A DNA stretch of 64,000 bases from Pirellulales bacterium (GTDB lineage: Bacteria > Planctomycetota > Planctomycetia > Pirellulales > PALSA-1355), in NCBI GenBank assembly GCA_963733035.1, contig CAVTBU010000005.1, forward strand, positions 2,880,001-2,944,000. The letters run 5' to 3'. The first letter of the stretch is position 1. Each line of letters begins with the position of its first letter. Positions 39,926 to 56,842 of this stretch are shown in pieces. Under the pieces are notes generated by a model that saw only the letters and a program-made list of their open reading frames with translations, searched no databases and was not told the DNA's origin. The position numbers were made by a program, and so were the translations under genes.

Positions 39926-42900
39926 TTACCGCAACGAGTGTAAAAACGCGATCAAATCGGCAAGCTCTTGCCGGCTCAGCTGGGCTTCCATCCCCTCGGG
40001 CATGATCGAAACCGTGCTTTGCGACAGCGTTTCGATGTCGGAGCGGGGTACGCGCGTCTCGACACGCTGGGTCGAAAACAGGTAGATCGCGTCCGGAGTC
40101 TCGCGAGTAATGACGCCGGTATGCACCTGTCCGGACGAGGTGACCGCGGTAAAGGCCTCGTAGCCGCGAGCGAAGCTGACGCTGGGGAGCACAATCGCTT
40201 CCAGCAAGTCGCGAGGCGTCCGGATGGCGCCGATCTTGCTCAGATCGGGGCCGACGCGGCCTCCCTGGCCTTGGACGGTGTGGCAGGTGGCGCAGATTGC
40301 TTTCTGGTTGCCGAAGAACAAGTCGCGTCCTCGCTGGATCTCGCCGCCGGAGACGACGTCGGTGAGCGAAGCAAGTTTCGCTTGCTGCTTGGCGACGTCA
40401 ACCGTCAGCTTGTCGAACACCGGCCGCGCGGCCTCCTTCACTTCACTCGGGTACGCAGCAAGGACGCCAATGAGTAGTTCGCCCTGAATACTCCGCAAGC
40501 CTGGCGAGCGATCGAGCGCGGCGACCAGCTTGCGGCCAAGTTCGGCATCGCGCGATTGTTCGAACGCCCGAACCAATCGCGGCACCTCAAGAACGCTGCT
40601 CGTGGCAATTGCATTACACAGTGACGATAGTTGCTGCTGATTGAGCGCGGCCTTGCCCAAGGCATCGGCGGCATCGAGTCGCACCAGTGGTGGTTGTTCC
40701 TGGTCAAGACTGGCAAGCAGGAATGCGAACATTTCTGGCGTTACCGAGGATAGTCGCAGCGCAACCGTTGCGGCGGCCTGAGTTCGCAGTTCGGCCGGCC
40801 GGTTGGCATCGAGCACGATTGTCAACAGTGGTCCGTCGAATGCGCCAGCGTTAACATCCGGCAGTGCGTTGTTGGCGCCGCGATAGAATTCAGCCACCAG
40901 GCCGGGTTCGAGCGAGTCGCTGCTCGACGCGTGATGGAAAAGCACTTCTGCCGGAACGACCTGCTGTGAATCGCCCTGAACCATCCAGGAAAGAATGCAG
41001 CCTGCCCCACCACCTTCCTCGATGAAGTCGAGGGTGATGGGATGATCGCCGGCCTGAAGTTGCAATTCCGCCGACCGCTCGCGCATGCCATGGGAACCGC
41101 TGTTGTCGACGACGAGCTTGCCGTCGATGAACAACTGGGAGCCGTCGTCGGAATTGGTGGCGAAGCTATATTTATCGTCACGGGGAATGCGAATCACGCC
41201 GCTCCAACGGACGCTGAACGCGCCAACCAGTTCCGTGCCGGCGAAAGGACCCTCGGTGACGGAATAGTCGACCTGCCGATCCGTGCGCGTCAAAACCGGG
41301 CGGCTGTCTTGAGGCCTGGCCCGGAGCGTGGCTACGGCCTGCTGCACGACCCTCGCGTCGCGGTCGGCCAACGATTGCTTGATTGCCGAGACCCAGGCCG
41401 GCGGCAAACTTTCCGGCGCCGATTGAGCCATGACTTCCAAGCAAAGCAGCCGTGTTTCCGCGGGCGTCTGGCGAATTTCGATCGCGCCGGCCAACAGCGT
41501 TTGCACGTCCGCATCACCGGAAAATGCCAAGAGCTGTTGTCGCAAGGCGTCGCGCTGGGCATCGTCGTCACTCTTGCGGGCCAACCACTGGCGAAAGTAG
41601 GGAAGCATCGCCTGGCCCCAATCGGCATGGTGGGCGATGACCCAGAGTGCGGTTTGCCTCAGTTGTGGTTCCGCCGGATCGAGAAACGGCGTCACCTGCT
41701 CGGGAGTCAAACCACCCCCGTCCATCTGATCGAGCGCGATCAGGGCGCCGCGCTTCGTCGCCGCCGCGGTCGCTTTCAAACCCTTGGCTGTCTCCGCCGG
41801 ATCATCAATGGAGATCAACGCGAAGATGGTGGCATGTTCCAGAAAACGGTCGACGGGTGTTCCCAGCGCTTCTGAGCAGCGCGGGCACTGACGCGGCGTC
41901 ACCGATTCGACCCAGGGCAGTTGCCGCTTCACGCCGCACGGGGGCGTCGTCGTCCTTGGCCAGGTTTTCCAAAATAACCCGCGCTGCGGAATCCCGATGT
42001 AGACCTGCGGAGCGGGCTGCCGCCTGACGCACGCTAGCGTTGCGGTCAGCAAGTGCAGTGCGAACCGCTTTCCGCGCGGACTCGTCGTCAATGCGCATGA
42101 GCGCCCACACGGCGGCACATTTCATGTCGGCGTCGTTTTCGGAAGCAATCACGTGTGCAAGCGCGGGAACCGCTGCGGATCTCAGGCGGGCGATTTCAAC
42201 CATTGCCCGCTCCTGCACGGCGAAACGTTCATCGCCGAGCAGATCGCAGAGTCGTTCGGGACTGAGCGACTTCCAGGCGATCTTGAGCCCGCGAGAGTCG
42301 TCTAGCTTCTTGGCATCCTGGCGACGGACACGATAGATGGCGCCCAAAATATCGGGTTTGGCAACTTGCGAGGTGGGGCAGCCAATGCGGAACCAACCGC
42401 CCGTATTGATCACCAGCAGGCTGCCGTCGGCATCCTGAAACACATCGGTCGGATGGAAGTCGGGGTCGCTGGAGACGAGAAAATCTTCGTTGCGGCAAGC
42501 GAACGTCGCGCCATTGGGCGTGATATTGTGACGCACGATCTTGTGCATGTTGAACAGGGCCGAGAACAACTGCCCACGTGAGGCTTCACCGAGCGCATTT
42601 CCCCGGCAGAGCATGATGTCGCTGGAAGCCGAAACGCCCAGGTGCGTCAGCGGTGGCAGCAAGTCGCCGGTGCGCTTGTGCTCATCAGGGTCTCGACCAC
42701 GGACCGGATACTCTGCGCCATCGATGCAATGAACAACCGCATCGCGCAGGCCGGCACCCATCGAGTCGGAAGCCAGAAAGGTGCCGCTGGAAAACATGTC
42801 GCCCTCGCGCGTGAAAGCCACGCCCACGGCATTGCCCTGAGAACCACAGACGATCTCCAGGTCGGAACCGTCGGGCCGACAACGGAGCACGAGCGGAACC

Positions 42901-43511
42901 GTGCCGCGACGTATCACTTTGCCGCCGGGGCGGTGGATCTCGTGCGGGAAGCGGCCTGCGCACCAGTACAGGCGGCCGTCGGGGCCGAGGCTGCCGCCAT
43001 GTAAATCGTCGGCCACGCCGGTGTTGGCGAAGCCGGTGACAAGCTGCTCGCGTGTATCGGCTTTGTCATCGCCGTCGGTATCGGTCAATTTCCAGAAGCT
43101 GGGAGGCGAGGAGCAATAGACGGCGCCGTCATGCCACACGATGCCTTGCGGAAACACCATTTTGTCGGCAAACACCGTGCTCTTGTCGAACCGTCCGTCG
43201 CCATCGGTGTCCGTGAGCAGGCGAATCACGTGCGGAGGGTTCTTGCTAAGCTCAGCTCCGCGCAAATTCACGCCGGCTGAATCGCATACATAGAGCCGCC
43301 CCTGGTCGTCGAATGCCGCCAGCATGGGCCGCTCCACGAGCGGCGGCGCGGCGACGACTTCGACGGTGAACCCATCAGGGACGGAAATGCTGGCCACTGC
43401 GCGGTCAACCGTTTGCGCGGGCTCGTCGCACTTCGCCGGCGCGGCGAGCGCGATAATCGCCAAGACGAGGTGCAACGCGAGCGGCCGATACGGCGAATTT
43501 GATCGCGACAT
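39926..43511 (-). CDS. PVC-type heme-binding CxxCH protein (dehydrogenase-like propeller, HEAT repeats, PA14, cytochrome c); 1-nt indel near 41872
   Basis: DGFTVEVVAAPPLV, DTDGDGRFD, FHPTDV; HEAT repeats; PA14 FSVRWSG...SDDGSQLFIDG; CATCH...GPDLS...SIMPEG. Confidence 0.88.
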
Positions 43512-43592
43512 GAATCTTCTCAAGCTTACAGTTTGAAACCTACTAATACTGCACGATTGTAATCGAAAGCCGGCCTCCGCGACCGGCGCGGT

Positions 43593-44951
43593 CTAGAAAA
43601 GCTGCTGAATCACCTGGCCGTCGGTGATCGCCAGGGGCCGGCCCAGGGGATCGTGCATGAGGGTGTGCGGCGCGAGCCCTAACGCATGGTATATGGATGC
43701 CACGACGTCGGCCGGACCGACAGGCAAGTCGGTTGGATAGGCACACGTCGCGTCTGACTTTCCAACCAGGTTACCACCGCGCACGCCGCCGCCAGCCCAC
43801 AACACGCTGGAACAGAATCCCCAATGATCGCGACCGCCGTCGCGGTTCACCTTGGGGGTCCGGCCGAACTCGCCCATCGTGACCACGAGCGTATCGTCGA
43901 GCAGACCTCGATCTTTAAGGTCGCCGAGCAGCGCCGACAGTCCCTGGTCTAGCAGCGGCAAGAGTTCGTCCTTGAGTGCCGGGAAATTCTGTTTGTGCGT
44001 ATCCCAACCGTCGCACTTGGTCATGTGATTGAAGTGCACGCCGACGAATGATACGCCGCACTCCACCATCCGCCGGGCCAGCAGGAGGCTTTGGCCAAAG
44101 CGATGTTTGCCGTAGCGCTTGTGCGTTTGAGGCGACTCGCGGTCGAGTGCAAACATGCCGTCGCCCGCCGAGCCGACTAAATCGGCAGCCGACTGGCGGA
44201 ACGTTCGATACTCCTGCATCGCGGCCGATCGAGCGGTGTGGCCGTCGAGCACTGCCAGCAGCGATTGACGCCCGGCGAACCGGTCGGGTGACATGTCGTC
44301 CGTTAGCTTCAAACCCAAGGGAGGCACGCCTGGGTCATCGTTGATCGCCAGTGGATCGTAGGCCGCACCCAATAGTCCCGCGCGCCCACCGCCCGCAACC
44401 GGCGTGGTTTGCTTTCGCACCTGTACTTCCGGAATGGCCACGTAGCCGGGGATACCACGCTTGCGATGCTTGAACTTTGCTACCACGGCACCCAGGTGCG
44501 GATCGTCAGACCGTGAGGGCGGCAGCACGGTGTTCGCACCCAGCGGTACACGCGACGCTCGCCCGGTCAGGGTGTGGTAGATCATGAACGGGTGATCGTT
44601 GTTCGGAAACGTGACGCTCCGCAGAATCGATAAGTCGGGCGCATGCGCTGCGAGCCGTGGTAGGTGCTCGCAAAACCGCATCCCAGCCACGGGCGAGGCA
44701 ATCGATTGGAATGGGCCGCGGATCTCCGCGGGTGCCTGGGGCTTCATGTCCCACATGTCGATCTGCGGCGGTCCCCCGAGCAGATAGACGAGAATGCAGC
44801 GCTTCGCTCGGCCAAAGGAGGCACTGGCCTGCGAACGTTCGTGGGTGAATGCGTTTGCGCGGCGAGCCTGCGAGAGTCCGGCAAAAAAAGTTAGCGTGCC
44901 GGCCTGCAGGAAAGTTCGTCGAGTCGGTCGGAAAGGGATGCCGCTGCTCAT
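43593..44951 (-). CDS. DUF1501 domain protein
   Basis: TRRTFL, YLLGGPPQIDMWDMKP, LLARRMVECGV, MGEFGRTP, GRDHW. Confidence 0.92.
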   Translation of the reverse strand: MSSGIPFRPTRRTFLQAGTLTFFAGLSQARRANAFTHERSQASASFGRAKRCILVYLLGGPPQIDMWDMKPQAPAEIRGPFQSIASPVAGMRFCEHLPRLAAHAPDLSILRSVTFPNNDHPFMIYHTLTGRASRVPLGANTVLPPSRSDDPHLGAVVAKFKHRKRGIPGYVAIPEVQVRKQTTPVAGGGRAGLLGAAYDPLAINDDPGVPPLGLKLTDDMSPDRFAGRQSLLAVLDGHTARSAAMQEYRTFRQSAADLVGSAGDGMFALDRESPQTHKRYGKHRFGQSLLLARRMVECGVSFVGVHFNHMTKCDGWDTHKQNFPALKDELLPLLDQGLSALLGDLKDRGLLDDTLVVTMGEFGRTPKVNRDGGRDHWGFCSSVLWAGGGVRGGNLVGKSDATCAYPTDLPVGPADVVASIYHALGLAPHTLMHDPLGRPLAITDGQVIQQLF

Positions 44952-45031
44952 GGGTCTGATTGTACCGGACGCCACCACGACACGACAAATCACTTGCCGC
45001 CGTGACGGACTCCTACGAGGTGCACCGAGCG

Positions 45032-49414
<4,383 letters not shown>

Positions 49415-49553
49415 GCCCTTCATCATAGGCGTGCCGTGGGGCGATCGGCGAGTACCCCGTTGGCCAACTCGCGTGGATTGCTGCTGCGAGGGCGAACAGT
49501 ATCCGGATGAGGTAGCGGTCGAGTTTTCAAACCCTAAGTTTTGTCGGACAAGA

Positions 49554-50579
49554 TCAAATCTGTACCGTGGGCTCGGCCACTTTGACGATGCGCTTGCCGA
49601 TGTTGTCTCCTTCGAGCATGCCGATAAAGGCTCGAGGCAGGTTTTCGAATCCTTCCACGACGTCCTCGCGGTACGTGAGCTTGCCCTCCTTGATCCAGCC
49701 GGCCATTTCCGCGGCGGCCGGGCCAAAGCGGTCGAAGAATTGAAACACCAAGAACCCTTCGGCCCGGGCTTGCTTGACGATCAATGCCCATAGCCAGCGT
49801 GGGCCGGTTTCGGGTTTTTCGACGTTGTACTGCGAGATTTGTCCGCAGATCGACATGCGTGCTTTGACGTTCAACAGCGGGATCACGGCGTCCGTAATCG
49901 CACCGCCCACGTTGTCGAAATAAACGTCGATTCCCCTGGGGCAGAGCTCCTTAAGCTTCTCGACGTAGTTCTTCGTCGTCTTGTAGTTGAAGGCATCGTC
50001 GAAACCGAGCTCATTTACCAGGTATTGAACTTTCTCATCGCTGCCGGCAATGCCGACGACGCGACAGCCTTTGATCTTGGCGATCTGGCCGACGATCATC
50101 CCCACGGCTCCAGCAGCGCCCGAAACGACGACCGTTTCACCCGCTTTCGGCTGACCGATGTCGAGCAGGCCGAAGTACGCAGTGAGGCCGGGCATGCCGA
50201 GGACGCCGATGGATGTCGAGATCGGCGCGATCGATCTGTCGATTTTGCGCACACCCTGGCCGTTGGAAAGCGCATATTCCTGCCAACCGAATTCCCCCTG
50301 CACGATGTCGCCCACGCGAAACTTCGCATTGTTCGAAGCGATCACCTGGCCGACGACCCCACCGACCATCACGCCGCCGATCTCCACCGGCGCGGCATAG
50401 CTTTTGGCGTCGTTCATCCGGCCGCGCATGTACGGGTCGACCGAAATATAGAGGGCCTTGACGACCATCTCGCCAGAATTCGGTGAAGGGACCGGAGACT
50501 CGATGAGCTTGAAGTCCGACGGTTTCGGCATGCCCGCCGGCCGGGCCGCGAGCGTGAATCTGTGGTTCGTGAGTGCCAT
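49554..50579 (-). CDS. NADP-dependent oxidoreductase (CurA/prostaglandin-reductase-like MDR)
   Basis: LAARPAGMP, SVDPYMRGRM, LGMPGLTAYFGL, VSGAAGAVG, YFDNVGG, CGQISQYN. Confidence 0.92.
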   Translation of the reverse strand: MALTNHRFTLAARPAGMPKPSDFKLIESPVPSPNSGEMVVKALYISVDPYMRGRMNDAKSYAAPVEIGGVMVGGVVGQVIASNNAKFRVGDIVQGEFGWQEYALSNGQGVRKIDRSIAPISTSIGVLGMPGLTAYFGLLDIGQPKAGETVVVSGAAGAVGMIVGQIAKIKGCRVVGIAGSDEKVQYLVNELGFDDAFNYKTTKNYVEKLKELCPRGIDVYFDNVGGAITDAVIPLLNVKARMSICGQISQYNVEKPETGPRWLWALIVKQARAEGFLVFQFFDRFGPAAAEMAGWIKEGKLTYREDVVEGFENLPRAFIGMLEGDNIGKRIVKVAEPTVQI

Positions 50580-50810
50580 GGATCGTGATTTGTGGTTGGT
50601 GGTTCGTGGAACAAGGGGGGCGCGAACTTTGAAGTTGTTGGCGCCGACGTCGACCGGATCATTGTCCCGATCCGCCGGCCCACTGGCAACGATAACCCGC
50701 GTTTGCGGCAAAATGCTTCTCAGCCCGACCAACGCGCGGTAGGATAAGCCGCGTTTGATGCGTTTGAGCGAGGAATTTCCCACCTCCGTTTTCTGCGTGG
50801 GGGCCATGCG

Positions 50811-52199
50811 ATGCTCCACCGACGCGACGCGATGATCCGGCTTGGCCAGGCCGGGTTGGGCGCTCTGGCCCTGCCAAACTTGCTACGGGCGGAAGCGGCC
50901 TTCGCGACGCCGGGGCTTCGACCCACGGCCAAGAGTTGCATCCTGTTGTATCTGTGGGGCGGTCCGCCGCAACAGGACATGTGGGATCTCAAACCGGAAG
51001 CGCCCGAGGGCATTCGCAGCCAATTCAAACCGATCGACACGGTCGTGCCGGGCATTCAGATTTGCGACCAATTGCCGCACGTCGCCCAGCACACCGACAA
51101 GATGGCGATCATCCGCTCGTACACGCATCCGAGCAACTTGCACGAGGTCGGGGTCTATCACACGCTGACCGGCAAGATCAACAACACGTTGGTCGTGCCG
51201 CGGAATCAGCGCAACCGGAACGATTTTCCGCATCCGGGCTCGGTGGTCTCGTATTTCAGCACGCCCGGCGCGATGCCGGCCAGCGTGACGATTCCCTCGC
51301 CAATTGGTCATGACGGCGTCATTTATTCGGGCACCTATGCCGGCTTCCTCGGGGCCCAGCACGATCCGATGGAGCTTAAGCCGCCCGGCGAAGTGAAAAA
51401 GGCCGCGCCGCATAGCCTCGACCTGCTCGATGGGATTGACTCCACGCGACTGCAAGCGCGGTTTGGATTGCTCAAGATACTCGAAGAGCAAGATCGGCTT
51501 GTACAGAAGCAGGGACCGATGCAGGGTGTGGCCGGCCTCGAACAGTTCCGCGAGCAGGCCTATCGCATGCTCACGTCACCCGAGTCGCGCGGTGCATTTG
51601 AACTGGCGGGCGAAAGCGACAAACTGCGCGATCGCTACGGTCGCAATGAATATGGCGAGAGTTTTCTGCTCGCCCGCCGGCTAATCGAGTCGGGTGTGCG
51701 GCTGGTGACCGTCGTCTGGTCGTACATCTGTCCCGATGGCAACGTGGCCAACGTGTGGGACAACCATGGCGGCACCGGCTCGCTGGGCGGCATCGGCGGC
51801 TATGCGATGCTGAAGCAAAAGTATTGTCTGCCGCCCTTGGATCTGGCCTACTCGGCGCTGCTCGAAGACCTGCAAGCTCGCGGGCTGCTGGACGAAACGT
51901 TGGTGGTAATGCTCGGCGAATTCGGACGCACCCCGCAGATCAATAAAGCGCAAGGTCGCGATCACTGGGGGGCGTGCCAGAGTGTGATTCTTGCCGGCGG
52001 CGGCGTCCGGGGCGGCCAGGTCCACGGCTCGAGCGACCAGCACGCCGCTTATCCACGCTCGAATCCCGTGGCGCCCGAGGACGTAATCGCCACGATGTAC
52101 CACGCCCTGGGTATCCCGCCCGAGAGCCTCATCCACGACCGCGAGAATCGCCCGCACCGCATCAGCGAAGGTCGGCCGCTGGTGGAGCTGTTTGGGTGA
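50811..52199 (+). CDS. DUF1501 domain protein
   Basis: HRRDAM, YLWGGPPQQDMWDLKP, LLARRLIESGV, GEFGRTP, GRDHW. Confidence 0.92.
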   Translation: MLHRRDAMIRLGQAGLGALALPNLLRAEAAFATPGLRPTAKSCILLYLWGGPPQQDMWDLKPEAPEGIRSQFKPIDTVVPGIQICDQLPHVAQHTDKMAIIRSYTHPSNLHEVGVYHTLTGKINNTLVVPRNQRNRNDFPHPGSVVSYFSTPGAMPASVTIPSPIGHDGVIYSGTYAGFLGAQHDPMELKPPGEVKKAAPHSLDLLDGIDSTRLQARFGLLKILEEQDRLVQKQGPMQGVAGLEQFREQAYRMLTSPESRGAFELAGESDKLRDRYGRNEYGESFLLARRLIESGVRLVTVVWSYICPDGNVANVWDNHGGTGSLGGIGGYAMLKQKYCLPPLDLAYSALLEDLQARGLLDETLVVMLGEFGRTPQINKAQGRDHWGACQSVILAGGGVRGGQVHGSSDQHAAYPRSNPVAPEDVIATMYHALGIPPESLIHDRENRPHRISEGRPLVELFG

Positions 52200-52418
52200 G
52201 TATGCCAAACGGGGTCTAGCAAGCAAGCCGCAGTGTAATGCCGCGGAACCCGCTACGTTGATTTTGCGCGGCAGGGGGGATGATGGGGGGCCCGTCTTCG
52301 GGTAACTTCGCGACTGACGGAATGCCTACGAGTGCCGGCAAAATCACGCTAGCCGCGTGACTTGCTCCCAGCGTTGATTCTTTTTCCACCACCCGTAAAC
52401 GTTTCACCGAGACTCGAC

Positions 52419-52772
52419 GTGCGTGACAAAGCAACGCTGATATTTCCCGTCCTGATGATCGCGGTCGGAAGCGGGTGGCTTCTCACCACGCTCGGAATTG
52501 CTCCTGGCGTCGATTGGATATGGACGCTGCTGTTGGCGATCGTCGGGCTGTTAGCGTTCGTCGTGGGGGGCTTCGACAAAGTGACGGCCGTGGTTGGGAC
52601 ATTTCTGATTATCGCCAGTTGCTTGTCACTTTTACGTCAAACGGGACGTTTGGCTTTGGATATCGAGGTCCCCATCCTGGTGATCATCGCCGGCGCGCTT
52701 GTCCTGATAGCTCATCTGCCCGCCATCCCTTCACCAAAGTGGATTATTCGGGATCCGAATTCGCGGCGGTGA
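52419..52772 (+). CDS. Small hypothetical membrane protein (4 TM)
   Basis: Four hydrophobic segments; start codon uncertain. Confidence 0.65.
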   Translation: MRDKATLIFPVLMIAVGSGWLLTTLGIAPGVDWIWTLLLAIVGLLAFVVGGFDKVTAVVGTFLIIASCLSLLRQTGRLALDIEVPILVIIAGALVLIAHLPAIPSPKWIIRDPNSRR

Positions 52773-52941
52773 GGGTTGTAAATCAGGTACCACCAGGAAT
52801 CAACGCGCTCCGTCGAGCGTGGTTTCGATAACACGATCGCTTGGCCAACATCCGCTTTCTTGCCTCGAGTTCGGCAACTTGCTCGTGATGCATGTCTTTG
52901 GGCGAACGATGGGGCTGCGGTTGAGTTCTCACAACCGGCCC

Positions 52942-52971
52942 TTGAATTTGGGCCCCCGGCCATGCTAACCT
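52942..52971 (+). promoter_or_regulatory. Possible sigma-70 promoter of carB-crcB
   Basis: TTGAAT-N18-TAACCT with a TG extended -10. Confidence 0.3.
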
Positions 52972-53057
52972 TGAGGGATTTTAGACCGGAACCTGGGCCA
53001 TTGGGGGCTTCGGGTCATGGTCACTTGCTCGACTCCTTGGGGGAAGGTTCACCAACC

Positions 53058-56000
53058 GTGCCGCGACGCGACGATTTGCACAAAATTCTGATCCTTGGCT
53101 CGGGCCCGATCGTGATCGGTCAGGCCTGTGAGTTTGACTACTCGGGTACGCAGGCCTGCAAGGCCCTTCGCGAGGAAGGCTACGAGGTCGTGCTCGTGAA
53201 TTCCAACCCGGCCACGATCATGACCGACCCGGGCATGGCCGACCGGACCTACATCGAGCCACTGACCTGGGAGGTCGTGGCCAAGATCATCGAGACCGAG
53301 CGGCCCGACGCGGTGCTGCCGACCCTGGGCGGGCAGACGGCGTTGAACCTGGCGATGGAACTCTCCCAACACGGCGTGCTGGAAAAGTACGCGGTGGAGA
53401 TGATTGGTGCCCGGCCCGACGTGATCGACAAGGCTGAGAATCGCAACCGGTTCAAAGCGGCGATGGAAAAGATTGGGCTGGAGGTGTGCCGCGGCGATAC
53501 CGTGCACAATTTGAAGGAAGCCCGTGAAATGCTAGGCAAGATCGGCTTGCCGTGCGTGATCCGCCCTAGCTTCACCATGGGGGGCAGTGGCTCGGCCATT
53601 GCCTACAACCGCAACGAGTTCGACCAGTTGGTGACGCGCGGCCTTGAATCGTCGCCGGTGACCGAAGTGCTGATCGAGGAATCGATCATCGGCTGGAAAG
53701 AGTACGAAATGGAGGTGATGCGCGACGCCGACGATAACGTCGTGATCATTTGCTCGATCGAGAATTTCGATCCGATGGGTGTACACACGGGTGACTCGAT
53801 CACCGTGGCTCCAGCCCAGACGCTCACCGACAAGGAATACCAGCGGATGCGCGACGCTTCGCTGGCGGTGATTCGCGAGATTGGCGTCGAGACGGGCGGC
53901 TCGAATATTCAATTCGCAATCCACCCGCAAACTGGGCGGATGATCGTCATCGAGATGAATCCACGCGTGAGCCGTTCGAGCGCCCTGGCATCGAAGGCCA
54001 CGGGCTTTCCGATTGCCAAGATCGCGGCCAAGCTGGCCGTCGGCTACCGATTGCACGAACTGCCGAACGACATCACTCGCGAAACGCGGGCTTGTTTCGA
54101 GCCGACGATCGACTACGTGGTGACCAAGATTCCGCGGTTCGCCTTCGAAAAGTTCCCCGAAGCCGATCCGATGCTCACCACGCAGATGAAGAGCGTCGGC
54201 GAGACGATGGCCATCGGACGCACGTTCAAAGAGTCGTTTCAAAAGGCGCTGCGCGGGCTGGAAGTCGGCAGCTTTGGCTTCGGTTGCGACGCCAAGGACC
54301 GCTGGGGCACTCCCGAGCAACCCGACCACGATGAGATTCGCGTCAAACTGACCACGCCTGCAGACGACCGCGTTTGGTTTATTCGTTATGCATTCAAGAG
54401 CGGGATGTCGATCGACGAAGTGCACAAGCTTTCGCACATCGACCCGTGGTTCCTGCAGCATTTGCGCGAGATCGTCGAGCTGGAAGAAGAATTGCGGACG
54501 CATGATGGCCCTGCCGCGGCGAGCGACGAATTGATTCGACGGGCCAAGCAGGCAGGCTTTTCGGATCGCCAGCTGGCGACAATTTGGAGCACGAACGAAA
54601 TCGCGATTCGCAACGACCGGAAGAAGCGGGGAATCGTGGCGACGTTCAAATCGGTCGACACCTGCGCCGCGGAGTTCGAGGCCTACACGCCGTACTACTA
54701 CTCGACCTATGAGGATGAGGACGAAACGCCGACCAGGCGACCAGGTCAGAAACGGATCATGATCTTGGGGGGCGGGCCAAATCGCATTGGCCAGGGCATC
54801 GAGTTCGACTACTGCTGTTGTCACGCGAGTTTCGCGCTGCGAGAGATGGGCATCGAGTCGATCATGGTCAACTCGAATCCCGAGACGGTCAGCACGGACT
54901 ACGACACGAGCGACCTGTTGTTCTTCGAGCCGCTGACGACCGAGGATGTGCTGAACATCTGCGATCGCGTGCAGCCCGATGGCGTAATCGTCCAATTCGG
55001 CGGCCAGACGCCGCTCAACCTGGCCCGAGCGCTATCGAGTGCCGGCGTGCCGATCATTGGCACCAGCGTCGACACGATCGAAGATGCCGAGGACCGCGAA
55101 AAGTTCCAGCGACTGCTGCAGCGATTGGGGCTCAAGCAGCCGGCCAACGGCATCGCCCGCACCATGGCCCAGGCACGCACCGAAGCGGCCAAAATCGGAT
55201 ATCCGGCGCTGGTGCGACCGAGCTTCGTGCTGGGCGGCCGGGCGATGGAAATCTGTTACGATCAGACGCAGCTCGAACGCTTCGTGGCCGAGGCATTTAT
55301 CGTTGCACAAGGACAGCCCGTACTGATTGACCGGTTCTTGGAAGACGCGATCGAGGTGGACGTCGACGCCATCAGCGACGGACAACAGGTGGTCGTGGCC
55401 GGCGTGATGGAACACATCGAGGAGGCGGGCGTTCACTCGGGCGATTCTGCTTGCGTGATTCCACCCTACAGCTTGCAGGGCCCGATCCTGGCCGAGATTC
55501 GGGCCGCCACGCACGCGCTAGCCAGGCAGTTGCGAGTCGTCGGCCTGATGAACATTCAATTTGCCATCAAGAAGGAAGACGGCAAGCAGATTCTGTACGT
55601 GCTGGAAGTGAACCCCCGCGCCAGCCGCACGGTGCCGTTCGTATCGAAGGCGACCGGGGTGCCCGTGGCCAAGATCGCCGCCAAGGTGATGGCCGGCATG
55701 ACGCTCGCCGAATTGGGCTGCGAGCGCGAGCCGATCCCCAGCCACGTGTCGATTAAGGAAAGCGTGTTTCCGTTCCGGAAGTTTGCCGGCGTGGATATCG
55801 TGCTCGGCCCCGAGATGCGGTCGACGGGCGAAGTGATGGGGATCAGCGAGCGGTTTTCGATCGCGTTTGCCAAGGCACAATTGGCCGCCGGCACGGTGCT
55901 GCCCAGCGAGGGGATGATCTTTATAAGCGTGGCCAAGCCGGCCAAGGAACACATGGTTGGACTGGCCGGGCGGTTGGCCAAGCTGGGCTACAAGCTGATG

Positions 56001-56330
56001 GCGACCGAGGGGACCGCGCGGCGGCTGGAGGCGGCCGGCATTCCGGTGCAGCATGTGAACAAGCTGCAGGAAGGTCAGCCGAATTTGCTCGACTATTTGG
56101 TCGACGGGGCGATTCAACTGATCATGAACACGCCCAGCGGCAAGGGAGCCCGCACCGATGAAGGCCGGATTCGTGCGGCCGCGGTGGCGGGCGGCGTGCC
56201 GTGCATCACGACGATTCAGGCGGCCGACGCGGCCGTGCGCGCGATGGAGGCGCTGCGAAACGAAGAGATCACCGTGCAGTCTCTACAGGATCGCTTTGCC
56301 CCCGAGCCGCGACGCAAGCAACCCGTCTAG
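53058..56330 (+). CDS. carB: Carbamoyl-phosphate synthase large subunit
   Basis: [74 protein letters not shown] domain. Confidence 0.97.
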   Translation: MPRRDDLHKILILGSGPIVIGQACEFDYSGTQACKALREEGYEVVLVNSNPATIMTDPGMADRTYIEPLTWEVVAKIIETERPDAVLPTLGGQTALNLAMELSQHGVLEKYAVEMIGARPDVIDKAENRNRFKAAMEKIGLEVCRGDTVHNLKEAREMLGKIGLPCVIRPSFTMGGSGSAIAYNRNEFDQLVTRGLESSPVTEVLIEESIIGWKEYEMEVMRDADDNVVIICSIENFDPMGVHTGDSITVAPAQTLTDKEYQRMRDASLAVIREIGVETGGSNIQFAIHPQTGRMIVIEMNPRVSRSSALASKATGFPIAKIAAKLAVGYRLHELPNDITRETRACFEPTIDYVVTKIPRFAFEKFPEADPMLTTQMKSVGETMAIGRTFKESFQKALRGLEVGSFGFGCDAKDRWGTPEQPDHDEIRVKLTTPADDRVWFIRYAFKSGMSIDEVHKLSHIDPWFLQHLREIVELEEELRTHDGPAAASDELIRRAKQAGFSDRQLATIWSTNEIAIRNDRKKRGIVATFKSVDTCAAEFEAYTPYYYSTYEDEDETPTRRPGQKRIMILGGGPNRIGQGIEFDYCCCHASFALREMGIESIMVNSNPETVSTDYDTSDLLFFEPLTTEDVLNICDRVQPDGVIVQFGGQTPLNLARALSSAGVPIIGTSVDTIEDAEDREKFQRLLQRLGLKQPANGIARTMAQARTEAAKIGYPALVRPSFVLGGRAMEICYDQTQLERFVAEAFIVAQGQPVLIDRFLEDAIEVDVDAISDGQQVVVAGVMEHIEEAGVHSGDSACVIPPYSLQGPILAEIRAATHALARQLRVVGLMNIQFAIKKEDGKQILYVLEVNPRASRTVPFVSKATGVPVAKIAAKVMAGMTLAELGCEREPIPSHVSIKESVFPFRKFAGVDIVLGPEMRSTGEVMGISERFSIAFAKAQLAAGTVLPSEGMIFISVAKPAKEHMVGLAGRLAKLGYKLMATEGTARRLEAAGIPVQHVNKLQEGQPNLLDYLVDGAIQLIMNTPSGKGARTDEGRIRAAAVAGGVPCITTIQAADAAVRAMEALRNEEITVQSLQDRFAPEPRRKQPV

Positions 56331-56352
56331 CCAAGCGAGCACAAGGCACCGC

Positions 56353-56748
56353 ATGCTCCCTGAACTTTCCCTGTGGCAGAAGCTGCTGTTGATTGCTGTC
56401 GCTGGAGCCGCGGGAACGCTAACGCGATTTTTCGTTGCAACGGTCGTGCAGCGCAATCAGCCCTTTGACTTTCCGATGGGAACGCTGGCGGTCAATGCGC
56501 TGGGGTGCTTGCTGTTTGGCATTGTTTGGTCGCTGGCCGAAGGGCGGATGGTCATCAGCCCTAGCACCAGGCTCATCGTGCTGGTCGGCTTCATGGGCGC
56601 CTTTACCACGTTCTCGACGTTTAGTTTCGAGACCGCGGAACTGCTCGAGCATTCCCGCTGGTTCACTGCCGCCGGAAACGTGCTGCTGCAGAACATAACC
56701 GGCATTTTGTTGGCCATGGCGGGCATGGCCTTGGGGCGGCTGTTCTAG
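56353..56748 (+). CDS. crcB: Fluoride efflux channel CrcB/FluC
   Basis: AGAAGTLTR, FPMGTLAVNALG, GFMGAFTTFSTFSFE. Confidence 0.95.
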   Translation: MLPELSLWQKLLLIAVAGAAGTLTRFFVATVVQRNQPFDFPMGTLAVNALGCLLFGIVWSLAEGRMVISPSTRLIVLVGFMGAFTTFSTFSFETAELLEHSRWFTAAGNVLLQNITGILLAMAGMALGRLF

Positions 56749-56842
56749 TCGCGGCATCGCCGGGGAGAAAAGATTGCCTCCGGCCGCCATGGAGTGTTAT
56801 ATTCCAACTCTTCCTATCGCCATCCAATGCGGAGCCGTCGCC

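Noticed and set aside
53058..56330. carB without adjacent carA as an anomaly, or a functional link to the Dab operon
   Set aside because: Unlinked carA/carB occurs in many bacteria, and 23 kb of unrelated genes separate carB from dab
56331..56352. Fluoride riboswitch upstream of crcB
   Set aside because: Only 22 bp separate carB and crcB, and I saw no GGCGATGG...TAATGAC-type motif here or upstream of carB
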